This document shows positions 31,901-46,900 of a DNA stretch of 64,000 bases, in pieces (position 1 is the first letter of the stretch; every line of letters starts with the position of its first letter). The notes under the pieces were generated by a model. The model saw only the letters and a program-made list of their open reading frames with translations. It was not told where the DNA came from and did no database searches. The stretch is from Auanema rhodensis (lineage: Eukaryota > Animalia > Nematoda). Made by a program: the position numbers and the translations under genes. The stretch spans positions 18,476,001 to 18,540,000 of the forward strand of contig OZ059894.1 of assembly GCA_964057225.1 (NCBI GenBank). The letters run 5' to 3'.

Positions 31901-34900
31901 TCGAAAAATTTCAAAATAATTTAGCAAAAAGTAGATGTTTTTAGATTCCTTTTTTCAAGGCAAAGACGATGGACAATGTTATTCAACGAAAAAATTAATT
32001 CTTCAGGGTGAAAATCGAGGATATAAGTGTGAACTTATATCAGTTGATATCTCGGTGCATTTTTAAGCTAGCGCAAATCTGTTAACACAGATCAACGCAG
32101 CTTAAAAATCCGCATCGAATGCACTATACTACATTGAGAGACGCTTAAAACAAAAATTAGTTATGATCGTTTGAAAAATGATGCATTAGTGTATGTTGAG
32201 TTTCCATGTACACTCAACATTGCTTCCAAAAACATTTTGACAAAAATTTTTTCGAAAAATTTCAAAATAATTTAGCAAAAAGTAGATGTTTTTAGATTCC
32301 ATTTTTCAAGGCAAAGACGATGGACAATGTTATTCAACGAAAAAAATAATTCTTCAGGGTGAAAATCGAGGATATAAGTGTGAACTTATATCAGTTGATA
32401 TCTCGGTGCATTTTTAAGCTAGCGCAAATCTGATAACACAGATCGACGCAGCTTAAAAATCCGCATCGAATACACTATACTACATTGAGAAACGCTTAAT
32501 ACAAAAATTAGTTATGATCGTTTGAAAAATGATGCATTAGTGTATGTTGAGTTTCCATGTACACTCAACATTGCTTCCAAAAACATTTTGACAAAAATTT
32601 TTTCGAAAAATTTCAAAATAATTTAGCAAAAAGTAGATGTTTTTAGATTCCTTTTTTCAAGGCAAAGACGATGGACAATGTTATTCAACGAAAAAATTAA
32701 TTCTTCAGGGTGAAAATCGAGGATATAAGTGTGAACTTATATCAGTTGATATCTCGGTGCATTTTTAAGCTAGCGCAAATCTGATAACACAGATCGACGC
32801 AGCTTAAAAATCCGCATCGAATGCACTATACTACATTGAGAAACGCTTAATACAAAAATTAGTTATGATCGTTTGAAAAATGATGCATTAGTGTATGTTG
32901 AGTTTCCATGTACACTCAACATTGCTTCCAAAAACATTTTGACAAAAATTTTTTCGAAAAATTTCAAAATAATTTAGCAAAAAGTAGATGTTTTTAGATT
33001 CCTTTTTTCAAGGCAAAGACGATGGACAATGTTATTCAACGAAAAAAATAATTCTTCAGGGTGAAAATCGAGGATATAAGTGTGAACTTATATCAGTTGA
33101 TATCTCGGTGCATTTTTAAGCTAGCGCAAATCTGATAACACAGATCGACGCAGCTTAAAAATCCGCATCGAATGCACTATACTACATTGAGAAACGCTTA
33201 ATACAAAAATTAGTTATGATCGTTTGAAAAATGATGCATTAGTGTATGTTGAGTTTCCATGTACACTCAACATTGCTTCCAAAAACATTTTGACAAAAAT
33301 TTTTTCGAAAAATTTCAAAATAATTTAGCAAAAAGTAGATGTTTTTAGATTCCTTTTTTCAAGGCAAAGACGATGGACAATGTTATTCAACGAAAAAATT
33401 AATTCTTCAGGGTGAAAATCGAGGATATAAGTGTGAACTTATATCAGTTGATATCTCGGTGCATTTTTAAGCTAGCGCAAATCTGATAACACAGATCGAC
33501 GCAGCTTAAAAATCCGTATCGAATGCACTATACTACATTGAGAAACGCTTAATACAAAAATTAGTTATGATCGTTTGAAAAATGATGCATTAGTGTATGT
33601 TGAGTTTCCATGTACACTCAACATTGCTTCCAAAAACATTTTGACAAAAATTTTTTCGAAAAATTTCAAAATAATTTAGCAAAAAGTAGATGTTTTTAGA
33701 TTCCTTTTTTCAAGGCAAAGACGATGGACAATGTTATTCAACGAAAAAATTAATTCTTCAGGGTGAAAATCGAGGATATAAGTGTGAACTTATATCAGTT
33801 GATATCTCGGTGCATTTTTAAGCTAGCGCAAATCTGATAACACAGATCGACGCAGCTTAAAAATCCGCATCGAATGCACTATACTACATTGAGAAACGCT
33901 TAAAACAAAAATTAGTTATGATCGTTTGAAAAATGATGCATTAGTGTATGTTGAGTTTCCATGTACACTCAACATTGCTTCCAAAAATATTTTGACAAAA
34001 ATTTTTTCGAAAAATTTCAAAATAATTTAGCAAAAAGTAGATGTTTTTAGATTCCATTTTTCAAGGCAAAGACGATGGACAATGTTATTCAACGAAAAAA
34101 ATAATTCTTCAGGGTGAAAATCGAGGATATAAGTGTGAACTTATATCAGTTGATATCTCGGTGCATTTTTAAGCTAGCGCAAATCTGATAACACAGATCG
34201 ACGCAGCTTAACAATCCGCACCGAATGCACTATACTACATTGAGAAACGCTTAAAACAAAAATTAGTTATGATCGTTTGAAAAATGATGCATTAGTGTAT
34301 GTTGAGTTTCCATGTACACTCAACATTGCTTCCAAAAACATTTTGACAAAAATTTTTTCGAAAAATTTCAAAATAATTTAGCAAAAAGTAGATGTTTTTA
34401 GATTCCTTTTTTCAAGGCAAAGACGATGGACAATGTTATTCAACGAAAAAATTAATTCTTCAGGGTGAAAATCGAGGATATAAGTGTGAAGTTATATCAG
34501 TTGATATCTCGGTGCATTTTTAAGCTAGCGCAAATCTGTTAACACAGATCAACGCAGCTTAAAAATCCGCATCGAATGCACTATACTACATTGAGAAACG
34601 CTTAATACAAAAATTAGTTATGATCGTTTGAAAAATGATGCATTAGTGTATGTTGAGTTTCCATGTACACTCAACATTGCTTCCAAAAACATTTTGACAA
34701 AAATTTTTTCGAAAAATTTCAAAATAATTTAGCAAAAAGTAGATGTTTTTAGATTCCTTTTTTCAAGGCAAAGACGATGGACAATGTTATTCAACGAAAA
34801 AATTAATTCTTCAGGGTGAAAATCGAGGATATAAGTGTGAACTTATATCAGTTGATATCTCGGTGCATTTTTAAGCTAGCGCAAATCTGTTAACACAGAT

Positions 34901-37900
34901 CAACGCAGCTTAAAAATCCGCATCGAATGCACTATACTACATTGAGAAACGCTTAATACAAAAATTAGTTATGATCGTTTGAAAAATGATGCATTAGTGT
35001 ATGTTGAGTTTCCATGTACACTCAACATTGCTTCCAAAAACATTTTGACAAAAATTTTTTCGAAAAATTTCAAAATAATTTAGCAAAAAGTAGATGTTTT
35101 TAGATTCCTTTTTTCAAGGCAAAGACGATGGACAATGTTATTCAACGAAAAAATTAATTCTTCAGGGTGAAAATCGAGGATATAAGTGTGAACTTATATC
35201 AGTTGATATCTCGGTGCATTTTTAAGCTAGCGCAAATCTGTTAACACAGATCAACGCAGCTTAAAAATCCGCATCGAATGCACTATACTACATTGAGAAA
35301 CGCTTAATACAAAAATTAGTTATGATCGTTTGAAAAATGATGCATTAGTGTATGTTGAGTTTCCATGTACACTCAACATTGCTTCCAAAAACATTTTGAC
35401 AAAAATTTTTTCGAAAAATTTCAAAATAATTTAGCAAAAAGTAGATGTTTTTAGATTCCTTTTTTCAAGGCAAAGACGATGGACAATGATATTCAACGAA
35501 AAAATTAATTCTTCAGGGTGAAAATCGAGGATATAAGTGTGAACTTATATCAGTTGATATCTCGGTGCATTTTTAAGCTAGCGCAAATCTGATAACACAG
35601 ATCGACGCAGCTTAAAAATCCGCACCGAATGCACTATACTACATTGAGAAACGCTTAAAACAAAAATTAGTTATGATCGTTTGAAAAATGATGCATTAGT
35701 GTATGTTGAGTTTCCATGTACACTCAACATTGCTTCCAAAAACATTTTGACAAAAATTTTTTCGAAAAATTTCAAAATAATTTAGCAAAAAGTAGATGTT
35801 TTTAGATTCCTTTTTTCAAGGCAAAGACGATGGACAATGTTATTCAACGAAAAAATTAATTCTTCAGGGTGAAAATCGAGGATATAAGTGTGAACTTATA
35901 TCAGTTGATATCTCGGTGCATTTTTAAGCTAGCGCAAATCTGTTAACACAGATCAACGCAGCTTAAAAATCCGCATCGAATGCACTATACTACATTGAGA
36001 GACGCTTAAAACAAAAATTAGTTATGATCGTTTGAAAAATGATGCATTAGTGTATGTTGAGTTTCCATGTACACTCAACATTGCTTCCAAAAACATTTTG
36101 ACAAAAATTTTTTCGAAAAATTTCAAAATAATTTAGCAAAAAGTAGATGTTTTTAGATTCCTTTTTTCAAGGCAAAGACGATGGACAATGTTATTCAACG
36201 AAAAAATTAATTCTTCAGGGTGAAAATCGAGGATATAAGTGTGAACTTATATCAGTTGATATCTCGGTGCATTTTTAAGCTAGCGCAAATCTGATAACAC
36301 AGATCGACGCAGCTTAACAATCCGCACCGAATGCACTATACTACATTGAGAAACGCTTAAAACAAAAATTAGTTATGATCGTTTGAAAAATGATGCATTA
36401 GTGTATGTTGAGTTTCCATGTACACTCAACATTGCTTCCAAAAACATTTTGACAAAAATTTTTTCGAAAAATTTCATAATAATTTAGCAAAAAGTAGATG
36501 TTTTTAGATTTCTTTTTTCAAGGCAAAGACGATGGACAATGTTATTCAATGAAAAAATTAATTCTTCAGGGTGAAAATCGAGGATATATGTGTGAACTTA
36601 TATCAGTTGATATCTCGGTGTATTTTTAAGCTAGCGCAAATCTGTTAACACAGATCAACGCAGCTTAAAAATCCGCATCGAATGCACTATACTACATTGA
36701 GAAACGCTTAATACAAAAATTAGTTATGATCGTTTGAAAAATGATGCATTAGTGTATGTTGAGTTTCCATGTACACTCAACATTGCTTCCAAAAACATTT
36801 TGACAAAAATTTTTTCGAAAAATTTCAAAATAATTTAGCAAAAAGTAGATGTTTTTAGATTCCTTTTTTCAAGGCAAAGACGATGGACAATGTTATTCAA
36901 CGAAAAAATTAATTCTTCAGGGTGAAAATCGAGGATATAAGTGTGAACTTATATCAGTTGATATCTCGGTGCATTTTTAAGCTAGCGCAAATCTGTTAAC
37001 ACAGATCAACGCAGCTTAAAAATCCGCATCGAATGCACTATACTACATTGAGAAACGCTTAATACAAAAATTAGTTATGATCGTTTGAAAAATGATGCAT
37101 TAGTGTATGTTGAGTTTCCATGTACACTCAACATTGCTTCCAAAAACATTTTGACAAAAATTTTTTCGAAAAATTTCAAAATAATTTAGCAAAAAGTAGA
37201 TGTTTTTAGATTCCTTTTTTCAAGGCAAAGACGATGGACAATGTTATTCAACGAAAAAATTAATTCTTCAGGGTGAAAATCGAGGATATAAGTGTGAACT
37301 TATATCAGTTGATATCTCGGTGCATTTTTAAGCTAGCGCAAATCTGATAACACAGATCGACGCAGCTTAACAATCCGCACCGAATGCACTATACTACATT
37401 GAGAAACGCTTAAAACAAAAATTAGTTATGATCGTTTGAAAAATGATGCATTAGTGTATGTTGAGTTTCCATGTACACTCAACATTGCTTCCAAAAACAT
37501 TTTGACAAAAATTTTTTCGAAAAATTTCATAATAATTTAGCAAAAAGTAGATGTTTTTAGATTTCTTTTTTCAAGGCAAAGACGATGGACAATGTTATTC
37601 AATGAAAAAATTAATTCTTCAGGGTGAAAATCGAGGATATATGTGTGAACTTATATCAGTTGATATCTCGGTGTATTTTTAAGCTAGCGCAAATCTGTTA
37701 ACACAGATCAACGCAGCTTAAAAATCCGCATCGAATGCACTATACTACATTGAGAAACGCTTAATACAAAAATTAGTTATGATCGTTTGAAAAATGATGC
37801 ATTAGTGTATGTTGAGTTTCCATGTACACTCAACATTGCTTCCAAAAACATTTTGACAAAAATTTTTTCGAAAAATTTCAAAATAATTTAGCAAAAAGTA

Positions 37901-40900
37901 GATGTTTTTAGATTCCTTTTTTCAAGGCAAAGACGATGGACAATGTTATTCAACGAAAAAATTAATTCTTCAGGGTGAAAATCGAGGATATAAGTGTGAA
38001 CTTATATCAGTTGATATCTCGGTGCATTTTTAAGCTAGCGCAAATCTGATAACACAGATCGACGCAGCTTAACAATCCGCACCGAATGCACTATACTACA
38101 TTGAGAAACGCTTAAAACAAAAATTAGTTATGATCGTTTGAAAAATGATGCATTAGTGTATGTTGAGTTTCCATGTACACTCAACATTGCTTCCAAAAAC
38201 ATTTTGACAAAAATTTTTTCGAAAAATTTCAAAATAATTTAGCAAAAAGTAGATGTTTTTAGATTCCTTTTTTCAAGGCAAAGACGATGGACAATGTTAT
38301 TCAACGAAAAAATTAATTCTTCAGGGTGAAAATCGAGGATATAAGTGTGAAGTTATATCAGTTGATATCTCGGTGCATTTTTAAGCTAGCGCAAATCTGT
38401 TAACACAGATCAACGCAGCTTAAAAATCCGCATCGAATGCACTATACTACATTGAGAAACGCTTAATACAAAAATTAGTTATGATCGTTTGAAAAATGAT
38501 GCATTAGTGTATGTTGAGTTTCCATGTACACTCAACATTGCTTCCAAAAACATTTTGACAAAAATTTTTTCGAAAAATTTCAAAATAATTTAGCAAAAAG
38601 TAGATGTTTTTAGATTCCTTTTTTCAAGGCAAAGACGATGGACAATGTTATTCAACGAAAAAATTAATTCTTCAGGGTGAAAATCGAGGATATAAGTGTG
38701 AACTTATATCAGTTGATATCTCGGTGCATTTTTAAGCTAGCGCAAATCTGTTAACACAGATCAACGCAGCTTAAAAATCCGCATCGAATGCACTATACTA
38801 CATTGAGAAACGCTTAATACAAAAATTAGTTATGATCGTTTGAAAAATGATGCATTAGTGTATGTTGAGTTTCCATGTACACTCAACATTGCTTCCAAAA
38901 ACATTTTGACAAAAATTTTTTCGAAAAATTTCAAAATAATTTAGCAAAAAGTAGATGTTTTTAGATTCCTTTTTTCAAGGCAAAGACGATGGACAATGTT
39001 ATTCAACGAAAAAATTAATTCTTCAGGGTGAAAATCGAGGATATAAGTGTGAACTTATATCAGTTGATATCTCGGTGCATTTTTAAGCTAGCGCAAATCT
39101 GTTAACACAGATCAACGCAGCTTAAAAATCCGCATCGAATGCACTATACTACATTGAGAAACGCTTAATACAAAAATTAGTTATGATCGTTTGAAAAATG
39201 ATGCATTAGTGTATGTTGAGTTTCCATGTACACTCAACATTGCTTCCAAAAACATTTTGACAAAAATTTTTTCGAAAAATTTCAAAATAATTTAGCAAAA
39301 AGTAGATGTTTTTAGATTCCTTTTTTCAAGGCAAAGACGATGGACAATGTTATTCAACGAAAAAATTAATTCTTCAGGGTGAAAATCGAGGATATAAGTG
39401 TGAACTTATATCAGTTGATATCTCGGTGCATTTTTAAGCTAGCGCAAATCTGTTAACACAGATCAACGCAGCTTAAAAATCCGCATCGAATGCACTATAC
39501 TACATTGAGAGACGCTTAAAACAAAAATTAGTTATGATCGTTTGAAAAATGATGCATTAGTGTATGTTGAGTTTCCATGTACACTCAACATTGCTTCCAA
39601 AAACATTTTGACAAAAATTTTTTCGAAAAATTTCAAAATAATTTAGCAAAAAGTAGATGTTTTTAGATTCCTTTTTTCAAGGCAAAGACGATGGACAATG
39701 TTATTCAACGAAAAAATTAATTCTTCAGGGTGAAAATCGAGGATATAAGTGTGAACTTATATCAGTTGATATCTCGGTGCATTTTTAAGCTAGCGCAAAT
39801 CTGATAACACAGATCGACGCAGCTTAACAATCCGCACCGAATGCACTATACTACATTGAGAAACGCTTAATACAAAAATTAGTTATGATCGTTTGAAAAA
39901 TGATGCATTAGTGTATGTTGAGTTTCCATGTACACTCAACATTGCTTCCAAAAACATTTTGACAAAAATTTTTTCGAAAAATTTCAAAATAATTTAGCAA
40001 AAAGTAGATGTTTTTAGATTCCTTTTTTCAAGGCAAAGACGATGGACAATGTTATTCAACGAAAAAATTAATTCTTCAGGGTGAAAATCGAGGATATAAG
40101 TGTGAACTTATATCAGTTGATATCTCGGTGCATTTTTAAGCTAGCGCAAATCTGATAACACAGATCGACGCAGCTTAACAATCCGCACCGAATGCACTAT
40201 ACTACATTGAGAAACGCTTAAAACAAAAATTAGTTATGATCGTTTGAAAAATGATGCATTAGTGTATGTTGAGTTTCCATGTACACTCAACATTGCTTCC
40301 AAAAACATTTTGACAAAAATTTTTTCGAAAAATTTCAAAATAATTTAGCAAAAAGTAGATGTTTTTAGATTCCTTTTTTCAAGGCAAAGACGATGGACAA
40401 TGTTATTCAACGAAAAAATTAATTCTTCAGGGTGAAAATCGAGGATATAAGTGTGAAGTTATATCAGTTGATATCTCGGTGCATTTTTAAGCTAGCGCAA
40501 ATCTGTTAACACAGATCAACGCAGCTTAAAAATCCGCATCGAATGCACTATACTACATTGAGAAACGCTTAATACAAAAATTAGTTATGATCGTTTGAAA
40601 AATGATGCATTAGTGTATGTTGAGTTTCCATGTACACTCAACATTGCTTCCAAAAACATTTTGACAAAAATTTTTTCGAAAAATTTCAAAATAATTTAGC
40701 AAAAAGTAGATGTTTTTAGATTCCTTTTTTCAAGGCAAAGACGATGGACAATGTTATTCAACGAAAAAATTAATTCTTCAGGGTGAAAATCGAGGATATA
40801 AGTGTGAACTTATATCAGTTGATATCTCGGTGCATTTTTAAGCTAGCGCAAATCTGTTAACACAGATCAACGCAGCTTAAAAATCCGCATCGAATGCACT

Positions 40901-43900
40901 ATACTACATTGAGAAACGCTTAATACAAAAATTAGTTATGATCGTTTGAAAAATGATGCATTAGTGTATGTTGAGTTTCCATGTACACTCAACATTGCTT
41001 CCAAAAACATTTTGACAAAAATTTTTTCGAAAAATTTCAAAATAATTTAGCAAAAAGTAGATGTTTTTAGATTCCTTTTTTCAAGGCAAAGACGATGGAC
41101 AATGTTATTCAACGAAAAAATTAATTCTTCAGGGTGAAAATCGAGGATATAAGTGTGAACTTATATCAGTTGATATCTCGGTGCATTTTTAAGCTAGCGC
41201 AAATCTGTTAACACAGATCAACGCAGCTTAAAAATCCGCATCGAATGCACTATACTACATTGAGAGACGCTTAAAACAAAAATTAGTTATGATCGTTTGA
41301 AAAATGATGCATTAGTGTATGTTGAGTTTCCATGTACACTCAACATTGCTTCCAAAAACATTTTGACAAAAATTTTTTCGAAAAATTTCAAAATAATTTA
41401 GCAAAAAGTAGATGTTTTTAGATTCCTTTTTTCAAGGCAAAGACGATGGACAATGTTATTCAACGAAAAAATTAATTCTTCAGGGTGAAAATCGAGGATA
41501 TAAGTGTGAACTTATATCAGTTGATATCTCGGTGCATTTTTAAGCTAGCGCAAATCTGATAACACAGATCGACGCAGCTTAACAATCCGCACCGAATGCA
41601 CTATACTACATTGAGAAACGCTTAATACAAAAATTAGTTATGATCGTTTGAAAAATGATGCATTAGTGTATGTTGAGTTTCCATGTACACTCAACATTGC
41701 TTCCAAAAACATTTTGACAAAAATTTTTTCGAAAAATTTCAAAATAATTTAGCAAAAAGTAGATGTTTTTAGATTCCTTTTTTCAAGGCAAAGACGATGG
41801 ACAATGTTATTCAACGAAAAAATTAATTCTTCAGGGTGAAAATCGAGGATATAAGTGTGAACTTATATCAGTTGATATCTCGGTGCATTTTTAAGCTAGC
41901 GCAAATCTGATAACACAGATCGACGCAGCTTAACAATCCGCACCGAATGCACTATACTACATTGAGAAACGCTTAAAACAAAAATTAGTTATGATCGTTT
42001 GAAAAATGATGCATTAGTGTATGTTGAGTTTCCATGTACACTCAACATTGCTTCCAAAAACATTTTGACAAAAATTTTTTCGAAAAATTTCAAAATAATT
42101 TAGCAAAAAGTAGATGTTTTTAGATTCCTTTTTTCAAGGCAAAGACGATGGACAATGTTATTCAACGAAAAAATTAATTCTTCAGGGTGAAAATCGAGGA
42201 TATAAGTGTGAAGTTATATCAGTTGATATCTCGGTGCATTTTTAAGCTAGCGCAAATCTGTTAACACAGATCAACGCAGCTTAAAAATCCGCATCGAATG
42301 CACTATACTACATTGAGAAACGCTTAATACAAAAATTAGTTATGATCGTTTGAAAAATGATGCATTAGTGTATGTTGAGTTTCCATGTACACTCAACATT
42401 GCTTCCAAAAACATTTTGACAAAAATTTTTTCGAAAAATTTCAAAATAATTTAGCAAAAAGTAGATGTTTTTAGATTCCTTTTTTCAAGGCAAAGACGAT
42501 GGACAATGTTATTCAACGAAAAAATTAATTCTTCAGGGTGAAAATCGAGGATATAAGTGTGAACTTATATCAGTTGATATCTCGGTGCATTTTTAAGCTA
42601 GCGCAAATCTGTTAACACAGATCAACGCAGCTTAAAAATCCGCATCGAATGCACTATACTACATTGAGAAACGCTTAATACAAAAATTAGTTATGATCGT
42701 TTGAAAAATGATGCATTAGTGTATGTTGAGTTTCCATGTACACTCAACATTGCTTCCAAAAACATTTTGACAAAAATTTTTTCGAAAAATTTCAAAATAA
42801 TTTAGCAAAAAGTAGATGTTTTTAGATTCCTTTTTTCAAGGCAAAGACGATGAACAATGTTATTCAACGAAAAAATTAATTCTTCAGGGTGAAAATCGAG
42901 GATATAAGTGTGAACTTATATCAGTTGATATCTCGGTGCATTTTTAAGCTAGCGCAAATCTGTTAACACAGATCAACGCAGCTTAAAAATCCGCATCGAA
43001 TGCACTATACTACATTGAGAAACGCTTAATACAAAAATTAGTTATGATCGTTTGAAAAATGATGCATTAGTGTATGTTGAGTTTCCATGTACACTCAACA
43101 TTGCTTCCAAAAACATTTTGACAAAAATTTTTTCGAAAAATTTCAAAATAATTTAGCAAAAAGTAGATGTTTTTAGATTCCTTTTTTCAAGGCAAAGACG
43201 ATGGACAATGTTATTCAACGAAAAAATTAATTCTTCAGGGTGAAAATCGAGGATATAAGTGTGAACTTATATCAGTTGATATCTCGGTGCATTTTTAAGC
43301 TAGCGCAAATCTGTTAACACAGATCAACGCAGCTTAAAAATCCGCATCGAATGCACTATACTACATTGAGAGACGCTTAAAACAAAAATTAGTTATGATC
43401 GTTTGAAAAATGATGCATTAGTGTATGTTGAGTTTCCATGTACACTCAACATTGCTTCCAAAAACATTTTGACAAAAATTTTTTCGAAAAATTTCAAAAT
43501 AATTTAGCAAAAAGTAGATGTTTTTAGATTCCTTTTTTCAAGGCAAAGACGATGGACAATGTTATTCAACGAAAAAATTAATTCTTCAGGGTGAAAATCG
43601 AGGATATAAGTGTGAACTTATATCAGTTGATATCTCGGTGCATTTTTAAGCTAGCGCAAATCTGATAACACAGATCGACGCAGCTTAACAATCCGCACCG
43701 AATGCACTATACTACATTGAAAAACGCTTAAAACAAAAATTAGTTATGATCGTTTGAAAAATGATGCATTAGTGTATGTTGAGTTTCCATGTACACTCAA
43801 CATTGCTTCCAAAAACATTTTGACAAAAATTTTTTCGAAAAATTTCATAATAATTTAGCAAAAAGTAGATGTTTTTAGATTTCTTTTTTCAAGGCAAAGA

Positions 43901-46900
43901 CGATGGACAATGTTATTCAATGAAAAAATTAATTCTTCAGGGTGAAAATCGAGGATATATGTGTGAACTTATATCAGTTGATATCTCGGTGTATTTTTAA
44001 GCTAGCGCAAATCTGTTAACACAGATCAACGCAGCTTAAAAATCCGCATCGAATGCACTATACTACATTGAGAAACGCTTAATACAAAAATTAGTTATGA
44101 TCGTTTGAAAAATGATGCATTAGTGTATGTTGAGTTTCCATGTACACTCAACATTGCTTCCAAAAACATTTTGACAAAAATTTTTTCGAAAAATTTCAAA
44201 ATAATTTAGCAAAAAGTAGATGTTTTTAGATTCCTTTTTTCAAGGCAAAGACGATGGACAATGTTATTCAACGAAAAAATTAATTCTTCAGGGTGAAAAT
44301 CGAGGATATAAGTGTGAACTTATATCAGTTGATATCTCGGTGCATTTTTAAGCTAGCGCAAATCTGATAACACAGATCGACGCAGCTTAACAATCCGCAC
44401 CGAATGCACTATACTACATTGAGAAACGCTTAAAACAAAAATTAGTTATGATCGTTTGAAAAATGATGCATTAGTGTATGTTGAGTTTCCATGTACACTC
44501 AACATTGCTTCCAAAAACATTTTGACAAAAATTTTTTCGAAAAATTTCAAAATAATTTAGCAAAAAGTAGATGTTTTTAGATTCCTTTTTTCAAGGCAAA
44601 GACGATGGACAATGTTATTCAACGAAAAAATTAATTCTTCAGGGTGAAAATCGAGGATATAAGTGTGAAGTTATATCAGTTGATATCTCGGTGCATTTTT
44701 AAGCTAGCGCAAATCTGTTAACACAGATCAACGCAGCTTAAAAATCCGCATCGAATGCACTATACTACATTGAGAAACGCTTAATACAAAAATTAGTTAT
44801 GATCGTTTGAAAAATGATGCATTAGTGTATGTTGAGTTTCCATGTACACTCAACATTGCTTCCAAAAACATTTTGACAAAAATTTTTTCGAAAAATTTCA
44901 AAATAATTTAGCAAAAAGTAGATGTTTTTAGATTCCTTTTTTCAAGGCAAAGACGATGGACAATGTTATTCAACGAAAAAATTAATTCTTCAGGGTGAAA
45001 ATCGAGGATATAAGTGTGAACTTATATCAGTTGATATCTCGGTGCATTTTTAAGCTAGCGCAAATCTGTTAACACAGATCAACGCAGCTTAAAAATCCGC
45101 ATCGAATGCACTATACTACATTGAGAAACGCTTAATACAAAAATTAGTTATGATCGTTTGAAAAATGATGCATTAGTGTATGTTGAGTTTCCATGTACAC
45201 TCAACATTGCTTCCAAAAACATTTTGACAAAAATTTTTTCGAAAAATTTCAAAATAATTTAGCAAAAAGTAGATGTTTTTAGATTCCTTTTTTCAAGGCA
45301 AAGACGATGGACAATGTTATTCAACGAAAAAATTAATTCTTCAGGGTGAAAATCGAGGATATAAGTGTGAACTTATATCAGTTGATATCTCGGTGCATTT
45401 TTAAGCTAGCGCAAATCTGTTAACACAGATCAACGCAGCTTAAAAATCCGCATCGAATGCACTATACTACATTGAGAAACGCTTAATACAAAAATTAGTT
45501 ATGATCGTTTGAAAAATGATGCATTAGTGTATGTTGAGTTTCCATGTACACTCAACATTGCTTCCAAAAACATTTTGACAAAAAGTTTTTCGAAAAATTT
45601 CAAAATAATTTAGCAAAAAGTAGATGTTTTTAGATTCCTTTTTTCAAGGCAAAGACGATGGACAATGATATTCAACGAAAAAATTAATTCTTCAGGGTGA
45701 AAATCGAGGATATAAGTGTGAACTTATATCAGTTGATATCTCGGTGCATTTTTAAGCTAGCGCAAATCTGATAACACAGATCGACGCAGCTTAAAAATCC
45801 GCACCGAATGCACTATACTACATTGAGAAACGCTTAAAACAAAAATTAGTTATGATCGTTTGAAAAATGATGCATTAGTGTATGTTGAGTTTCCATGTAC
45901 ACTCAACATTGCTTCCAAAAACATTTTGACAAAAATTTTTTCGAAAAATTTCAAAATAATTTAGCAAAAAGTAGATGTTTTTAGATTCCTTTTTTCAAGG
46001 CAAAGACGATGGACAATGTTATTCAACGAAAAAATTAATTCTTCAGGGTGAAAATCGAGGATATAAGTGTGAACTTATATCAGTTGATATCTCGGTGCAT
46101 TTTTAAGCTAGCGCAAATCTGTTAACACAGATCAACGCAGCTTAAAAATCCGCATCGAATGCACTATACTACATTGAGAGACGCTTAAAACAAAAATTAG
46201 TTATGATCGTTTGAAAAATGATGCATTAGTGTATGTTGAGTTTCCATGTACACTCAACATTGCTTCCAAAAACATTTTGACAAAAATTTTTTCGAAAAAT
46301 TTCAAAATAATTTAGCAAAAAGTAGATGTTTTTAGATTCCTTTTTTCAAGGCAAAGACGATGGACAATGTTATTCAACGAAAAAATTAATTCTTCAGGGT
46401 GAAAATCGAGGATATAAGTGTGAACTTATATCAGTTGATATCTCGGTGCATTTTTAAGCTAGCGCAAATCTGATAACACAGATCGACGCAGCTTAACAAT
46501 CCGCACCGAATGCATTATACTACATTGAGAAACGCTTAAAACAAAAATTAGTTATGATCGTTTGAAAAATGATGCATTAGTGTATGTTGAGTTTCCATGT
46601 ACACTCAACATTGCTTCCAAAAACATTTTGACAAAAATTTTCTCGAAAAATTTCATAATAATTTAGCAAAAAGTAGATGTTTTTAGATTTCTTTTTTCAA
46701 GGCAAAGACGATGGACAATGTTATTCAATGAAAAAATTAATTCTTCAGGGTGAAAATCGAGGATATATGTGTGAACTTATATCAGTTGATATCTCGGTGT
46801 ATTTTTAAGCTAGCGCAAATCTGTTAACACAGATCAACGCAGCTTAAAAATCCGCATCGAATGCACTATACTACATTGAGAAACGCTTAATACAAAAATT